A stretch of 64,000 nt of DNA from positions 301 to 64,300 of the forward strand of contig JAUVVY010000024.1 of assembly GCA_030604405.1 (NCBI GenBank), read 5' to 3'. Source of the DNA: a bacterium (GTDB lineage: Bacteria > Armatimonadota > Zipacnadia > Zipacnadales > UBA11051). The translations under genes and the position numbers were made by a program. Below the pieces are notes generated by a model. That model was not told where the DNA came from and ran no database searches. It saw only the letters and a program-made list of their open reading frames with translations. Positions 37,914 to 46,625 of this stretch are shown one piece after another. Positions within the stretch are counted from its first letter, which is position 1, and every line of letters starts with the position of its first letter.

Positions 37914-38738
37914 TCAGGCCGACGCCGTCATCGCGAGCACGATGGGCAGGCTCTTGTACAGCAGCAGCAGACCGGCAGCACAAAGCACCACGTAGGTCAC
38001 CTTGCGGAACGTCGCCTCGGGCAGGCGGTGGTGGAAGTGATCGCCGATAAAGACGGCCAGGATGATGAAGGGAATGGTCAATCCCGCCAGCGGCCACACC
38101 TCGGCTGGAATCTGCTCGTTCAGCAGCCAGCCGGTGACCATTACCAGGTTCAGCGTAAGCCACAGCAGGCCGAGCGTCACGCGGAACAGGCCCTTTGTCC
38201 TGAGTGCTCTGGCTGCGTAGATCACGATCAGAGGGCCGCCTGTTGTGAAGATGCCGTGGATGATTCCGCCGGCTATCAGGACCACACGCAGGTACAGGCG
38301 CATGAGCGGCCGCTCAGTGCCGCTTTCCTCTGGTGCCTGTCTATCGCTCTTGATGATGCTTGTGAGCGCAATGATGACGACAAAAGCGCCCAGGATGAAC
38401 CTGAGTACGACCTCCGGCGCGTAGCTGGCAGCGAAAAAGCCAATCGGCAAACCGAGGGCCGCATAGACGAGGATAGTGAGATACTCGCCCCACACAATGT
38501 CTTTGTGCCCGACCCATACTATGCCCACACAGCAGACGATGTTCCCTAACGCCAGCACGGGAACCAGGGTGTGGATAGGTAAGCTGGGCGTCACAACCGC
38601 CAGGATTGGCAGAGCCACGACCGTTCCCCCAAAGCCCATAATGCTTTCGAGGAACCTGCCTGCAAAGATGACGGATACCACGATTGCAACTACATGAACT
38701 TCAGGCAAGATAAAAGTGTCCCTTCGTGGTTCAGGCAT
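37914..38738 (-). CDS. TauE/SafE (DUF81) family sulfite/anion exporter
   Basis: Two-repeat, 8-helix topology with GG-rich helices, typical of DUF81. Confidence 0.7.
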   Translation of the reverse strand: MPEPRRDTFILPEVHVVAIVVSVIFAGRFLESIMGFGGTVVALPILAVVTPSLPIHTLVPVLALGNIVCCVGIVWVGHKDIVWGEYLTILVYAALGLPIGFFAASYAPEVVLRFILGAFVVIIALTSIIKSDRQAPEESGTERPLMRLYLRVVLIAGGIIHGIFTTGGPLIVIYAARALRTKGLFRVTLGLLWLTLNLVMVTGWLLNEQIPAEVWPLAGLTIPFIILAVFIGDHFHHRLPEATFRKVTYVVLCAAGLLLLYKSLPIVLAMTASA

Positions 38739-38826
38739 ACTGAAATGCCGGCCCGCAGGCCGACACCTAAAGTGAACTATAATTCTGCAATACAGCGAAA
38801 GTCAAGTGAGCCGCTGCCGGCAACCG

Positions 38827-39768
38827 CTATTGCAGGAAGCCGCCGCTGGGAAAGACGTTGCGGCTGAAGCATAGTTCCATGACGCGAACATATTTGCGTA
38901 GGCGGGCCAGGACCAAGTCTGCCTTGCCCAGTGGCAGTGCCACCGGTAGTGCGAGCGCGGTGAGTACGCCGCGTAACAGGACGCCAACGATTGTCGTCAG
39001 GCGGGTGGCCCACAGTGCGAGCGGGCCTTGATGGCGATGGACGAAGAGGAACACCGAGCGGTGGGCTTCCAGGATTGCCGGCAGGGCCACCTGCGCTGCG
39101 CTTGCCCCGCCGATGTGGATGATGTGGCGCGGCCCGTAATAGTACGTCTTGCCGCCCACGCGCTTGACCTGAGCGCACAGGTCGGCGTCTTCGGCGTAGA
39201 AGAAATAGTCTTCACACCAGCCTCCGACGTTCTCAAAATACTCGCGGCAGATCATCAGACAAGCGCCTGCGACGTAGTCCACTGGCTGGGGCCGCTGGTC
39301 CTCAAGAGATGTAAGGCCCAGGCGGCCGAGGCAGCAATAGCCGAGCAAAGTATTGAGCGGGCCGGGGAACGTGCGAGCGCTGTATTGCAGGCTGCCATCA
39401 GGATTGAGCAGGCGTGGGCCGACGATGGCGGCGTCGGGCGTGTCATCCAGGAAGTCCGAAAGAGCCGTGATAACGCCAGGCAGCACCACCGTATCGGCGT
39501 TGAGAAAAAGCAGATGGCGCCCCGTAGCGATCTTTGCTCCGCGGTTGTTCGCTCCAGCGAACCCGATGTTGCGGTCTAAAGCCACCAGTGTCGCCTGCGG
39601 GAACTGTCTGGTCGCCATCGCGACGCTGTCATCGGCCGAAGCATTGTCAACAATGATGATCTGCCACTGCTCGCGGTCCGGGTCGTCGTACAGCGACCGC
39701 AGGCAGTCGGCAAGCAACTCTTGCGTGTTGTAGTTTAGAATGACAATGGACAGCCGCGCATCAGCCAT
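38827..39768 (-). CDS. Glycosyltransferase family 2
   Basis: SIVILNYN…IVDNASADDS…D-x-D region typical of GT2. Confidence 0.8.
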   Translation of the reverse strand: MADARLSIVILNYNTQELLADCLRSLYDDPDREQWQIIIVDNASADDSVAMATRQFPQATLVALDRNIGFAGANNRGAKIATGRHLLFLNADTVVLPGVITALSDFLDDTPDAAIVGPRLLNPDGSLQYSARTFPGPLNTLLGYCCLGRLGLTSLEDQRPQPVDYVAGACLMICREYFENVGGWCEDYFFYAEDADLCAQVKRVGGKTYYYGPRHIIHIGGASAAQVALPAILEAHRSVFLFVHRHQGPLALWATRLTTIVGVLLRGVLTALALPVALPLGKADLVLARLRKYVRVMELCFSRNVFPSGGFLQ

Positions 39769-39772
39769 GGAT

Positions 39773-40564
39773 TCAGCCGCCGATACGTCTTGTCAGTAGT
39801 TTGGCCGAGTCGGCGTCCAGGTACATGATTGTCGCCGCATGGGTGCGCAGAGCCGTAGCCGGGCACTGATTGGTTATGGGCCCCTCCAGAGCGGCCTTGA
39901 CCGCTTCGGCCTTCGGCGCGGCGGGGACAATGCAGAAGATCTGCCGCGCGGCGCAGATGGCCGGTATGGTCATGGTGATGGCATTGCGCGGCACGTCATC
40001 AAGGCTGGCATAACGCGCTGCGGGATCCGGGTGGTCCTTGTAGTCGCGATACTGCTGCTGAACGGACTTCTCATCGAGCGTGATCAGCTCAGTCTGTCTA
40101 TCACTAAAGAAGTCCGCGCCGGGCTCGTTGAAGGCAATATGCCCATTTTCGCCGATACCAATGCAGGCGATGTCAATGCCACCGTGCTCTTTCAGCAGTT
40201 CATCGTAAGCCGCCGCTTTTTGCTGCGGGTTGCCTTCCATATCGGCCATGAAGTAGATTGTGCCCGGCTTCACGGTATCAAAGATGTGGATGTTGAGATA
40301 GCCCTCGAATGAGTTCTTGTGGCCGCGGGGCAGGTCAATGTACTCGTCAAGGTGGAAGGCGATAACCTTGTCCCAGGGCAGGTCGGGAGTGTCAACGAGT
40401 GCAGCCAGAAAGTCGTCCTGTGATGGCGCAGCGGCAAAACACATGGTAATGTCGTCTTTCCTGGCAGCAACGGCCTTCATCGCCTCGGCAATGTCACCGG
40501 CCGCTGCCGCACCCATCTCAGCACGAGTGTCAAGCATCTTCACTACAGTTGAAATACGTTTCAT
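39773..40564 (-). CDS. nagB: Glucosamine-6-phosphate deaminase
   Basis: FHLDEYI and GIGENGHIAFNEP motifs. Sits 4 nt downstream of the GT2 gene. Confidence 0.8.
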   Translation of the reverse strand: MKRISTVVKMLDTRAEMGAAAAGDIAEAMKAVAARKDDITMCFAAAPSQDDFLAALVDTPDLPWDKVIAFHLDEYIDLPRGHKNSFEGYLNIHIFDTVKPGTIYFMADMEGNPQQKAAAYDELLKEHGGIDIACIGIGENGHIAFNEPGADFFSDRQTELITLDEKSVQQQYRDYKDHPDPAARYASLDDVPRNAITMTIPAICAARQIFCIVPAAPKAEAVKAALEGPITNQCPATALRTHAATIMYLDADSAKLLTRRIGG

Positions 40565-40624
40565 ATCCTCACGTTCCCGCATGTATTAGAATACGCACGT
40601 CCGTTAGCGCCACATTGCTCAATG

Positions 40625-40736
40625 GTAACTACTCACCTTGCCCCCTTTGATTCCCCCTTCCCTAGCAGCGGGTACCCGCGCCGAAGGCGTGGGTGAGGGC
40701 TAGGGGGTTAGGCCAAGCCACAACGTGAGTACTTAC
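40625..40736. mobile_element. MITE-like repeat, family A copy 4
   Basis: gtaactactcaccttgccccctttgattcccccttccctagcagcgggtacccgcgccgaaggcgtgggtgagggctagggggttaggccaagccacaacgtgagtacttac. Has an about 20-bp internal insertion relative to copy 1. Confidence 0.55.
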
Positions 40737-40812
40737 CTTAATTTTGAGGCATCAGCCAAGGGTTGGGTTCACAGGAGTGAAGAATTAAGTATGGTGTCCC
40801 CAAAATTCCAGA

Positions 40813-42192
40813 CTACGCTCGCCTCTGCTGCGTTTCGCCGATGGCCTCCTCCAGCACTTCGAGCCCTTCACAGATGGCGTCCTGCGGTATCATCAACGGT
40901 GGCGCGATCTTCACCGTCGCTCCCATATAGCCGACCGGGCTGAACATCAGCAGCCCCTTCTCCATGCAAATCCGAACGATGTCGAAGGCCAAATCCGGGT
41001 CCGGCTCAATCCCACCAGCTTGTACCATATGTACGCCTGCCACCAGGCCCTTGCCGTGCACCGCACCAATGACGTCCGAGTACTTCTCCATTAGCGCATT
41101 CAGGCCTTGCTGCAAGATAGTGCCCATCGCGGCCGCATTCTCCGCCAGATTCTCCTTCTCGATCAGTTCGATGCTGGCCAGGGCCGCGGCCACACAGATG
41201 GGATTGCCCGTGTGCGTGCTGGTCATCGAACCGGCTGCATACTGATCCATCAGGTCCTCGCGTCCCACCACAGCGGAGATCGGAAGGCTGCTGGAAATAC
41301 CCTTGCCGAAGCAGGCAAGATCGGGCACGATGCCATAGTGCTCGAACCCGAAATCCTTCCCACAGCGCCCGAAGGCCGCCTGGACCTCGTCCATAATCAG
41401 CACAACGTCGTGCTGCTCACACCACTCGGCCAACGCCTGGATGTACTTGGGCGGTGCGAAACTTGCGCCGCCGCCCTGGTACGTCTCGGTCATAACCCCG
41501 GAGATGTTCTCCGGGCCCATGCCCTGCTCCGCAATGCTGTTCAAGAACAGGTCAAAACTCGTATCAGGGCAGCGGAACCCGTCGGGGAAGGGCACCTGAA
41601 TAAATGTGGGATCGAGCTTCACAATCCAGGCTTTCAGGCTGGGAATGCCACCGGCGGTCTGCGCGCCCAGTGTCCGGCCGTGGAAGGCATGCTCGAAGCT
41701 GACTATCCCGATCTTCTCATCGCCCCCAACGGCGCGCCCGTGGGTGCGAGCCAATTTGATGGCGCATTCGGTGGCCTCCGAGCCCGTAGTGAGCAAGAAA
41801 GCCTTGGCCAACTTCTTCGGGGTAATCTCCACCAGCTTCCGGGCTAACGCGGCCCGAATTGCGCTGGGGAAGCAGTAGTTGTGCAGCAGGCCATGCTGCG
41901 CCTGCCGCTGAATTGCTTCAACGATCGCTGTGCGGCCGTGGCCCGCGTTCGTCACCAACACCCCACTGCTCCAGTCCAGCCATTTATTACCGTAGGCATC
42001 ATAAACGCAGCAGCCTGCGGCTCGATCCCAGATGACTGGCGGCTGGCCGCTCATTGACAGCGGCTCGTAATCATGAAGGTCCTGAAGAACGTCCAGCGAT
42101 TCCGGCACCGGTATCCGGGTGACAATCTCCCGATACCTGGTGCTGACAAGTGCCACGTCCTTGGGTGTCAGATCATAGCTGCGTCCGGCCAT
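40813..42192 (-). CDS. Class III PLP-dependent aminotransferase
   Basis: Aminotransferase class-III pattern including …MDEVQAAFGRCG… and a PLP-lysine region. Start taken at MAGRSYDL. Confidence 0.8.
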   Translation of the reverse strand: MAGRSYDLTPKDVALVSTRYREIVTRIPVPESLDVLQDLHDYEPLSMSGQPPVIWDRAAGCCVYDAYGNKWLDWSSGVLVTNAGHGRTAIVEAIQRQAQHGLLHNYCFPSAIRAALARKLVEITPKKLAKAFLLTTGSEATECAIKLARTHGRAVGGDEKIGIVSFEHAFHGRTLGAQTAGGIPSLKAWIVKLDPTFIQVPFPDGFRCPDTSFDLFLNSIAEQGMGPENISGVMTETYQGGGASFAPPKYIQALAEWCEQHDVVLIMDEVQAAFGRCGKDFGFEHYGIVPDLACFGKGISSSLPISAVVGREDLMDQYAAGSMTSTHTGNPICVAAALASIELIEKENLAENAAAMGTILQQGLNALMEKYSDVIGAVHGKGLVAGVHMVQAGGIEPDPDLAFDIVRICMEKGLLMFSPVGYMGATVKIAPPLMIPQDAICEGLEVLEEAIGETQQRRA

Positions 42193-42637
42193 ATCTCTCT
42201 CTTCTGCCTCTTCTCTAGTTGGATGCACAGATACCAACGAAAATAGTGTTAGCGCCGAGCCCACGGCAGTGCCAACTGCCAAAGTGGGGCCGGCTGAGAT
42301 GCAATTCCTTGTGACATGCGCGAATTCCTTCACACCGCTAATTCGCCATTTGAGCGCAGATGCCTTTGTTGCTTGCCAGTGCGAACCAATGAATCGAGCG
42401 TCCGGGGCTCAACTGGCAGCTTTGCAGGCATTCCGCTGCCACACGGGACACGCCCGCAACTGGCGGCCCGGTATTTCTCACACAAGCTTGCAGTTGTTGT
42501 GTCATTCTTTGCCCGATGCGCGAATTCCTCCCGCGCACAAGCGCTCTTGTCCTCGACCCGCGCCACATATATAATTCACACGCCATAGCCAGGATGACCG
42601 AACGACGCGCCCAAGCAGCACCGGAGGTCAAAGTCGA

Positions 42638-44344
42638 ATGTGCGAGGCGACAGACAACGCCGGCAGCAAAACTGCCGGGCTGACACAGCCGGGCCGCAAA
42701 GTCAAGATCGTCATAGGGCTGCTTATCGTATTGTGCTCGCTGTTCTTGAGCGCTGCGGGAAAGCAGAACCTGGACGTGGGTGCTATTGACGAAACAGCGT
42801 ACCTGTCGCTGGCTTGTGAGATTGCTGATGAGACGACCTTCTGGGGATTTCCCGCCTACTACCTATCGGGAGAATTCGACGACCGGTATCGAGGGCCGAT
42901 ATATCTGTGGCTGCTCTCCACCTTCTGTCACCGCGACTACGAGGTGGCTGGCTCCGTCAGGGTGCTGAATGTCGTGATAGGCGCGGCCGGGGCCCTGCTC
43001 TGTTACGTCCTGGTGTCGCTGCTTGCCGGTTGGACGGTGGGCGCCATCGCCGGCTTCCTCGTGGCATTCAGTACGGATGTCACCGTCTATAACGGCATCG
43101 CAGCCGCAGAGCCGCTGGTGATATTGATTTGCCTGCCCACCTGGTATTTCTACCTGCGAGGCTTTGAGGGCCGCCACAGGTATTGGATCTGGGCGCTAGC
43201 ACTCACTGGCGTCTGCTACTACACTAAAGCACAGGCAGCTTTTCTTGTGCCGGCGTTCTTGCTGGCCGGCGTAATAAGCTACAAGTGGCAGTTTTTCAGG
43301 ATGCGGAGCTTGTGGATCGGCCTGGCGGCGTTCTTCATAGTCATGCTGCCGGCCTTCATACGAAACGTAAATGCGTTCGGCACTCCGCTTTACTCGATAC
43401 CCTCGCAGGAACTGTGGCTGGACAAGCTGGATCAACACCACGAGCCCGGGTGGGAGCAGAAATACGGCCTCGTGCAGTACTTCCAGACACACTCGATCGC
43501 CGAGTTCGTCGAACGCACCGGCGACGGCTTTTCGCAACAGATAGGGGTCATTTCAGCCGGCATACTCGCCCCCAGCAGGATTTCCGGCGTCGTCGGCATA
43601 GTATCCACTATCATCGGCGCTGTGGCCTTCTTGGCTTTTCTACTCGGGCTGGCGGCTGATAGCGATCGCAAGCGATTTACCTTCCACCTGATATTGCTTG
43701 CAATGTTCGTGGCCGTTTTCAGTCAGAGGACAGGCATTGGCTGCTACGCACGCTTCTACTATCCGATCATTGGCATGTTCGTTCTATATGCGGGAAGCGG
43801 CTTCGTGCTTGGCTATCAAGCATTGAACGGCGCTCTTCCCCGCACAAGTATGCGCTGGCTGGCATTCTTCTGCATTTTCGTGTTGGCATTTTACGGTCTG
43901 CTCACGGCCCGCAAAGGTGTGACGGAGGCAGGTCTGGCGGTATGGAGGGTGCCCTCGCTGGAGAATACTGCAACAGAGCATGCGATGCGATACATCGAAA
44001 GCAACCTACCCGAGGGGCAAACCGTATATATGGCCCCCAGCGCAGTCATGGGGTCGGTAGAATGGCTGCTTGACGGCAAGTACGCTGTTAAGTGGGTACC
44101 TTATCTGCAGGATTGGGAGGCAGCCAGAGGCGAGCTGCTCGAGACGCCGGGCGGGTACTTGCTAGTGGACGAAGCGACAATGCAGCGCCGCGACGCGGTG
44201 CTTGGCGGCTTCATTGATGTCGCCGCAGACGGCAGCCTGGAATTGGCCGTGGACAACGTGCCCGACATACTGAAGCCGGTCTGGCAGTACGGCGAGCCGG
44301 CCGAGGTCATCATCCTGCAGATCGTCCCGCCTGAGGGTGATTAG
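42638..44344 (+). CDS. GT39/ArnT-like polytopic glycosyltransferase (PMT_2 family)
   Basis: About 12 transmembrane helices, with an extracytoplasmic loop after the first helix and a soluble C-terminal domain. Confidence 0.55.
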   Translation: MCEATDNAGSKTAGLTQPGRKVKIVIGLLIVLCSLFLSAAGKQNLDVGAIDETAYLSLACEIADETTFWGFPAYYLSGEFDDRYRGPIYLWLLSTFCHRDYEVAGSVRVLNVVIGAAGALLCYVLVSLLAGWTVGAIAGFLVAFSTDVTVYNGIAAAEPLVILICLPTWYFYLRGFEGRHRYWIWALALTGVCYYTKAQAAFLVPAFLLAGVISYKWQFFRMRSLWIGLAAFFIVMLPAFIRNVNAFGTPLYSIPSQELWLDKLDQHHEPGWEQKYGLVQYFQTHSIAEFVERTGDGFSQQIGVISAGILAPSRISGVVGIVSTIIGAVAFLAFLLGLAADSDRKRFTFHLILLAMFVAVFSQRTGIGCYARFYYPIIGMFVLYAGSGFVLGYQALNGALPRTSMRWLAFFCIFVLAFYGLLTARKGVTEAGLAVWRVPSLENTATEHAMRYIESNLPEGQTVYMAPSAVMGSVEWLLDGKYAVKWVPYLQDWEAARGELLETPGGYLLVDEATMQRRDAVLGGFIDVAADGSLELAVDNVPDILKPVWQYGEPAEVIILQIVPPEGD

Positions 44345-44596
44345 GCCCGCATCATTCACCAACGCCTGGCTCGGCCTGCCCTGCCTGTCCGCCATAGCCT
44401 CGGCGAAGGCGGGAGCTTGTCGAAGGGCCGGTGAGAACGCGGGGCACCCACGCGTACCCACTGCGAAGCAGTGGGTGTGGCGTGGGTCAGTTCTCAGCTT
44501 CCACAAAACGCGTGGCTCGGCCTGACCTGCGCCAAGCGCAGGTCAGGTGAGAACGCGATAGCGTTCTCAGCTTCCAGCCCGGGGTCGTTGGGGTGA
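44345..44596. repeat. Convergent intergenic region packed with mosaic hairpin repeats (gtggctcggcctg, gagcttgtcgaagg, ggtgagaacgc…gttctcagcttcca modules)
   Basis: Contains two copies of the gagaacgc/gcgttctc inverted repeat and the cgcctggctcggcctgccc motif shared with 2768, 21936 and 45888. Confidence 0.5.
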
Positions 44597-45685
44597 TCAC
44601 AGTCCGGCAAACAGCGCGGCCGCCTGTTTCAGTTGTTCTGGAATATTGATGCCGGCCGGGCATTTCTCCATGCACTTTTCGCACTCGACGCACGCCTCCG
44701 GCTTGACCTCCACTGACTCCCAGACCTCGCTTGCCAGGTAGTGGAGCTTTTCGTCGTAGCCGCGTTTCATATCCGCGGCCTTGAACACCGCCGGAATATC
44801 AATGCCCACCGTGCAGGGCTGGCAGTACCCGCAGCGCAGGCAGACCTGCCCGTAGCGGAACTCAGTACTCAGTTGGCCGATTAGCCGCAGCAACTCCTCA
44901 TGCTCCTGCCCCGACAGCGGCGCGAAGTTCTCGGCCACAGCCACGTTCTCTTCCACTTCGGCAACTGCCTGCATGCCCGGGATGACTACATCCACGTGTG
45001 GGTTCTGCATGACGGACCTGAGCGTTCCGGCGATGACAGCATCCGGCCCACCCAGGCCGGCAATGCGGCTGTTCTTGGGCTGAGTGAGCTGGCCGCCGGA
45101 CAGCGGCTTCATAATAATGACGCCCATATTGGCCTCTTTGGCCAGGGGAAGAATCTCGCCGGCCACATCCTCCGCGTCCATCGGGTTGTAGCAGACCATG
45201 ATCGTCTCGAACAGACCCGATGCGATGGTTTCTTTCATCACCTGCTTATCGCGGTGAATGGTAACCCCGATATGGCCTATCTTGCCTTCTTCCCTGGCTT
45301 TCAACGCCGCCTCATAGGCTCCGCCGGGGGCCCTGACCGCCTCCCATGTGTCGGCATTACTTACAGTGTGCAACTGGTAGATGTCAATGTAGTCGGTCTG
45401 CAGATTGCGCAGGCTGATGCCCAGTTGCTCCTCCACCGTTCTGGCGTCACGGGCCGAGGTCTTAGTAGCAATATAGAATTCGTCGCGGCGCTTGTGGAGG
45501 GCCTTGCCGATCTTCTCCTCGCTGTCGCGGTAGTTGCGGGCGGTGTCAATGAAATTGACGCCCAGGTCCAGCGCCAGGTTGAGACATTCGGCGGCTTCCT
45601 GCTCGCTGATATTGGGCAGCTTGATACCGCCGTAGCCGAGCATGGTCACTTCCAGGCCGGTCTTGCCGAGGTGGCGTTTGTCCAT
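44597..45685 (-). CDS. Aldo/keto reductase fused to a C-terminal 2x[4Fe-4S] ferredoxin domain
   Basis: AKR N-terminal domain (GYGGIKL…DTARNYRDSEEKIG). C-terminal CLRCGYCQPC and CVECEKCMEKCP cluster motifs. Confidence 0.75.
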   Translation of the reverse strand: MDKRHLGKTGLEVTMLGYGGIKLPNISEQEAAECLNLALDLGVNFIDTARNYRDSEEKIGKALHKRRDEFYIATKTSARDARTVEEQLGISLRNLQTDYIDIYQLHTVSNADTWEAVRAPGGAYEAALKAREEGKIGHIGVTIHRDKQVMKETIASGLFETIMVCYNPMDAEDVAGEILPLAKEANMGVIIMKPLSGGQLTQPKNSRIAGLGGPDAVIAGTLRSVMQNPHVDVVIPGMQAVAEVEENVAVAENFAPLSGQEHEELLRLIGQLSTEFRYGQVCLRCGYCQPCTVGIDIPAVFKAADMKRGYDEKLHYLASEVWESVEVKPEACVECEKCMEKCPAGINIPEQLKQAAALFAGL

Positions 45686-45820
45686 GAGAAGATGCACTCC
45701 CTGAGTCAGTAGTGCTATACATTACTCACATATTGAAGCAAATGACGCTCCTCCACACCCTTATCGCGTGGCACAGGCTTTCCAGCCTGTGATCTATTGC
45801 GTTTTGCAGGCGTGGCTTGG

Positions 45821-45901
45821 GCATCCCAAAAAATCCGCGTAGCTCAGGCATCCCAAAAAATCCGCGTAGCTCAGGTATCCCAAAAAATTCGCGTGGCTCG
45901 G
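45821..45901. repeat. Three tandem copies of a 27-bp unit (gcatcccaaaaaatccgcgtagctcag) in a divergent promoter region
   Basis: Units at 45821, 45848 and 45875; the third is degenerate. It runs straight into ctcgggcatcctgcccgag and ggaggggccgtgccgag modules shared with other loci. Confidence 0.7.
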
Positions 45902-46095
45902 GCATCCTGCCCGAGTCCGTTGCCGTTGCCTTCCGGAGGGGCCGTGCCGAGCGAACGGTTGCGCCGTTGCAACCGTTCGGGAGACCGGCCCACGGCTTCG
46001 CGCATGGACTGGGGCACGTCTCCGGCCCGCTGGCAGGGAAGCCCGAGGCATTTTCAGCAAAACGGGTTTGTGAACACCTGCCCTCTAGATTATAA

Positions 46096-46605
46096 TTGAA
46101 TTCGAAGCCTACAGAAAGGGTCGCAGCCAAAGTGGCATCAGAAAAGAGTCCGGGCGCAAAGCTTCTAGAGTTATTTGTAATCTTTGCTATGGTACTCGGT
46201 GTAGCGCTGCTGCTGCTGAGAAAGTGGGAGGGGCGTTCCGAGAACAAGCAGCGCAGAGTAACCGTGAACCGTATCCTGGCCATCGAGGCAGGGCTGGCGA
46301 AATATATGATCGATTCCGGGGGCTTGTTGCCGACCGCAGAGCAGGGGCTGGCCGCCCTGCTCAGAGAACCCGCGTCAGGCCCACGGCCGGTGTCGTGGCG
46401 AGGCCCCTATGTTGACGGCGAGGAGGCCCTCGAGGACGCCTGGGGCCGGGATTTCCAGTACTTTTGCCCCGGCAAGCCGATCAAAGGCCACACAGATATC
46501 CACCAGCCTTACTCGCTATCGAGCTATGGAGCCGACGGAGCTGAAGGCGGCGAGGCAATGGATCGTGACATCTGCTCCTGGAAGCGCACGACAATGATCC
46601 CGTAA
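46096..46605 (+). CDS. Type II secretion pseudopilin GspG-like protein
   Basis: Prepilin site G-AKLLE followed by a hydrophobic helix. C-terminal DAWGRDFQY…YSLSSYGADG matches the GspG C-terminal signature. A GTG at 46132 with an upstream AGAAAGGG would give a typical 8-aa leader. Confidence 0.6.
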   Translation: MNSKPTERVAAKVASEKSPGAKLLELFVIFAMVLGVALLLLRKWEGRSENKQRRVTVNRILAIEAGLAKYMIDSGGLLPTAEQGLAALLREPASGPRPVSWRGPYVDGEEALEDAWGRDFQYFCPGKPIKGHTDIHQPYSLSSYGADGAEGGEAMDRDICSWKRTTMIP

Positions 46606-46625
46606 TCACGAAGAGGCTGACATAT

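Noticed and set aside
45817-46095. A 92-aa ORF with a periodic G-I-P-K-N-P-R-S-S sequence.
   Set aside because: It is produced by reading through the three tandem 27-bp repeats and the other repeat modules in a promoter region. It is not a real repeat protein.
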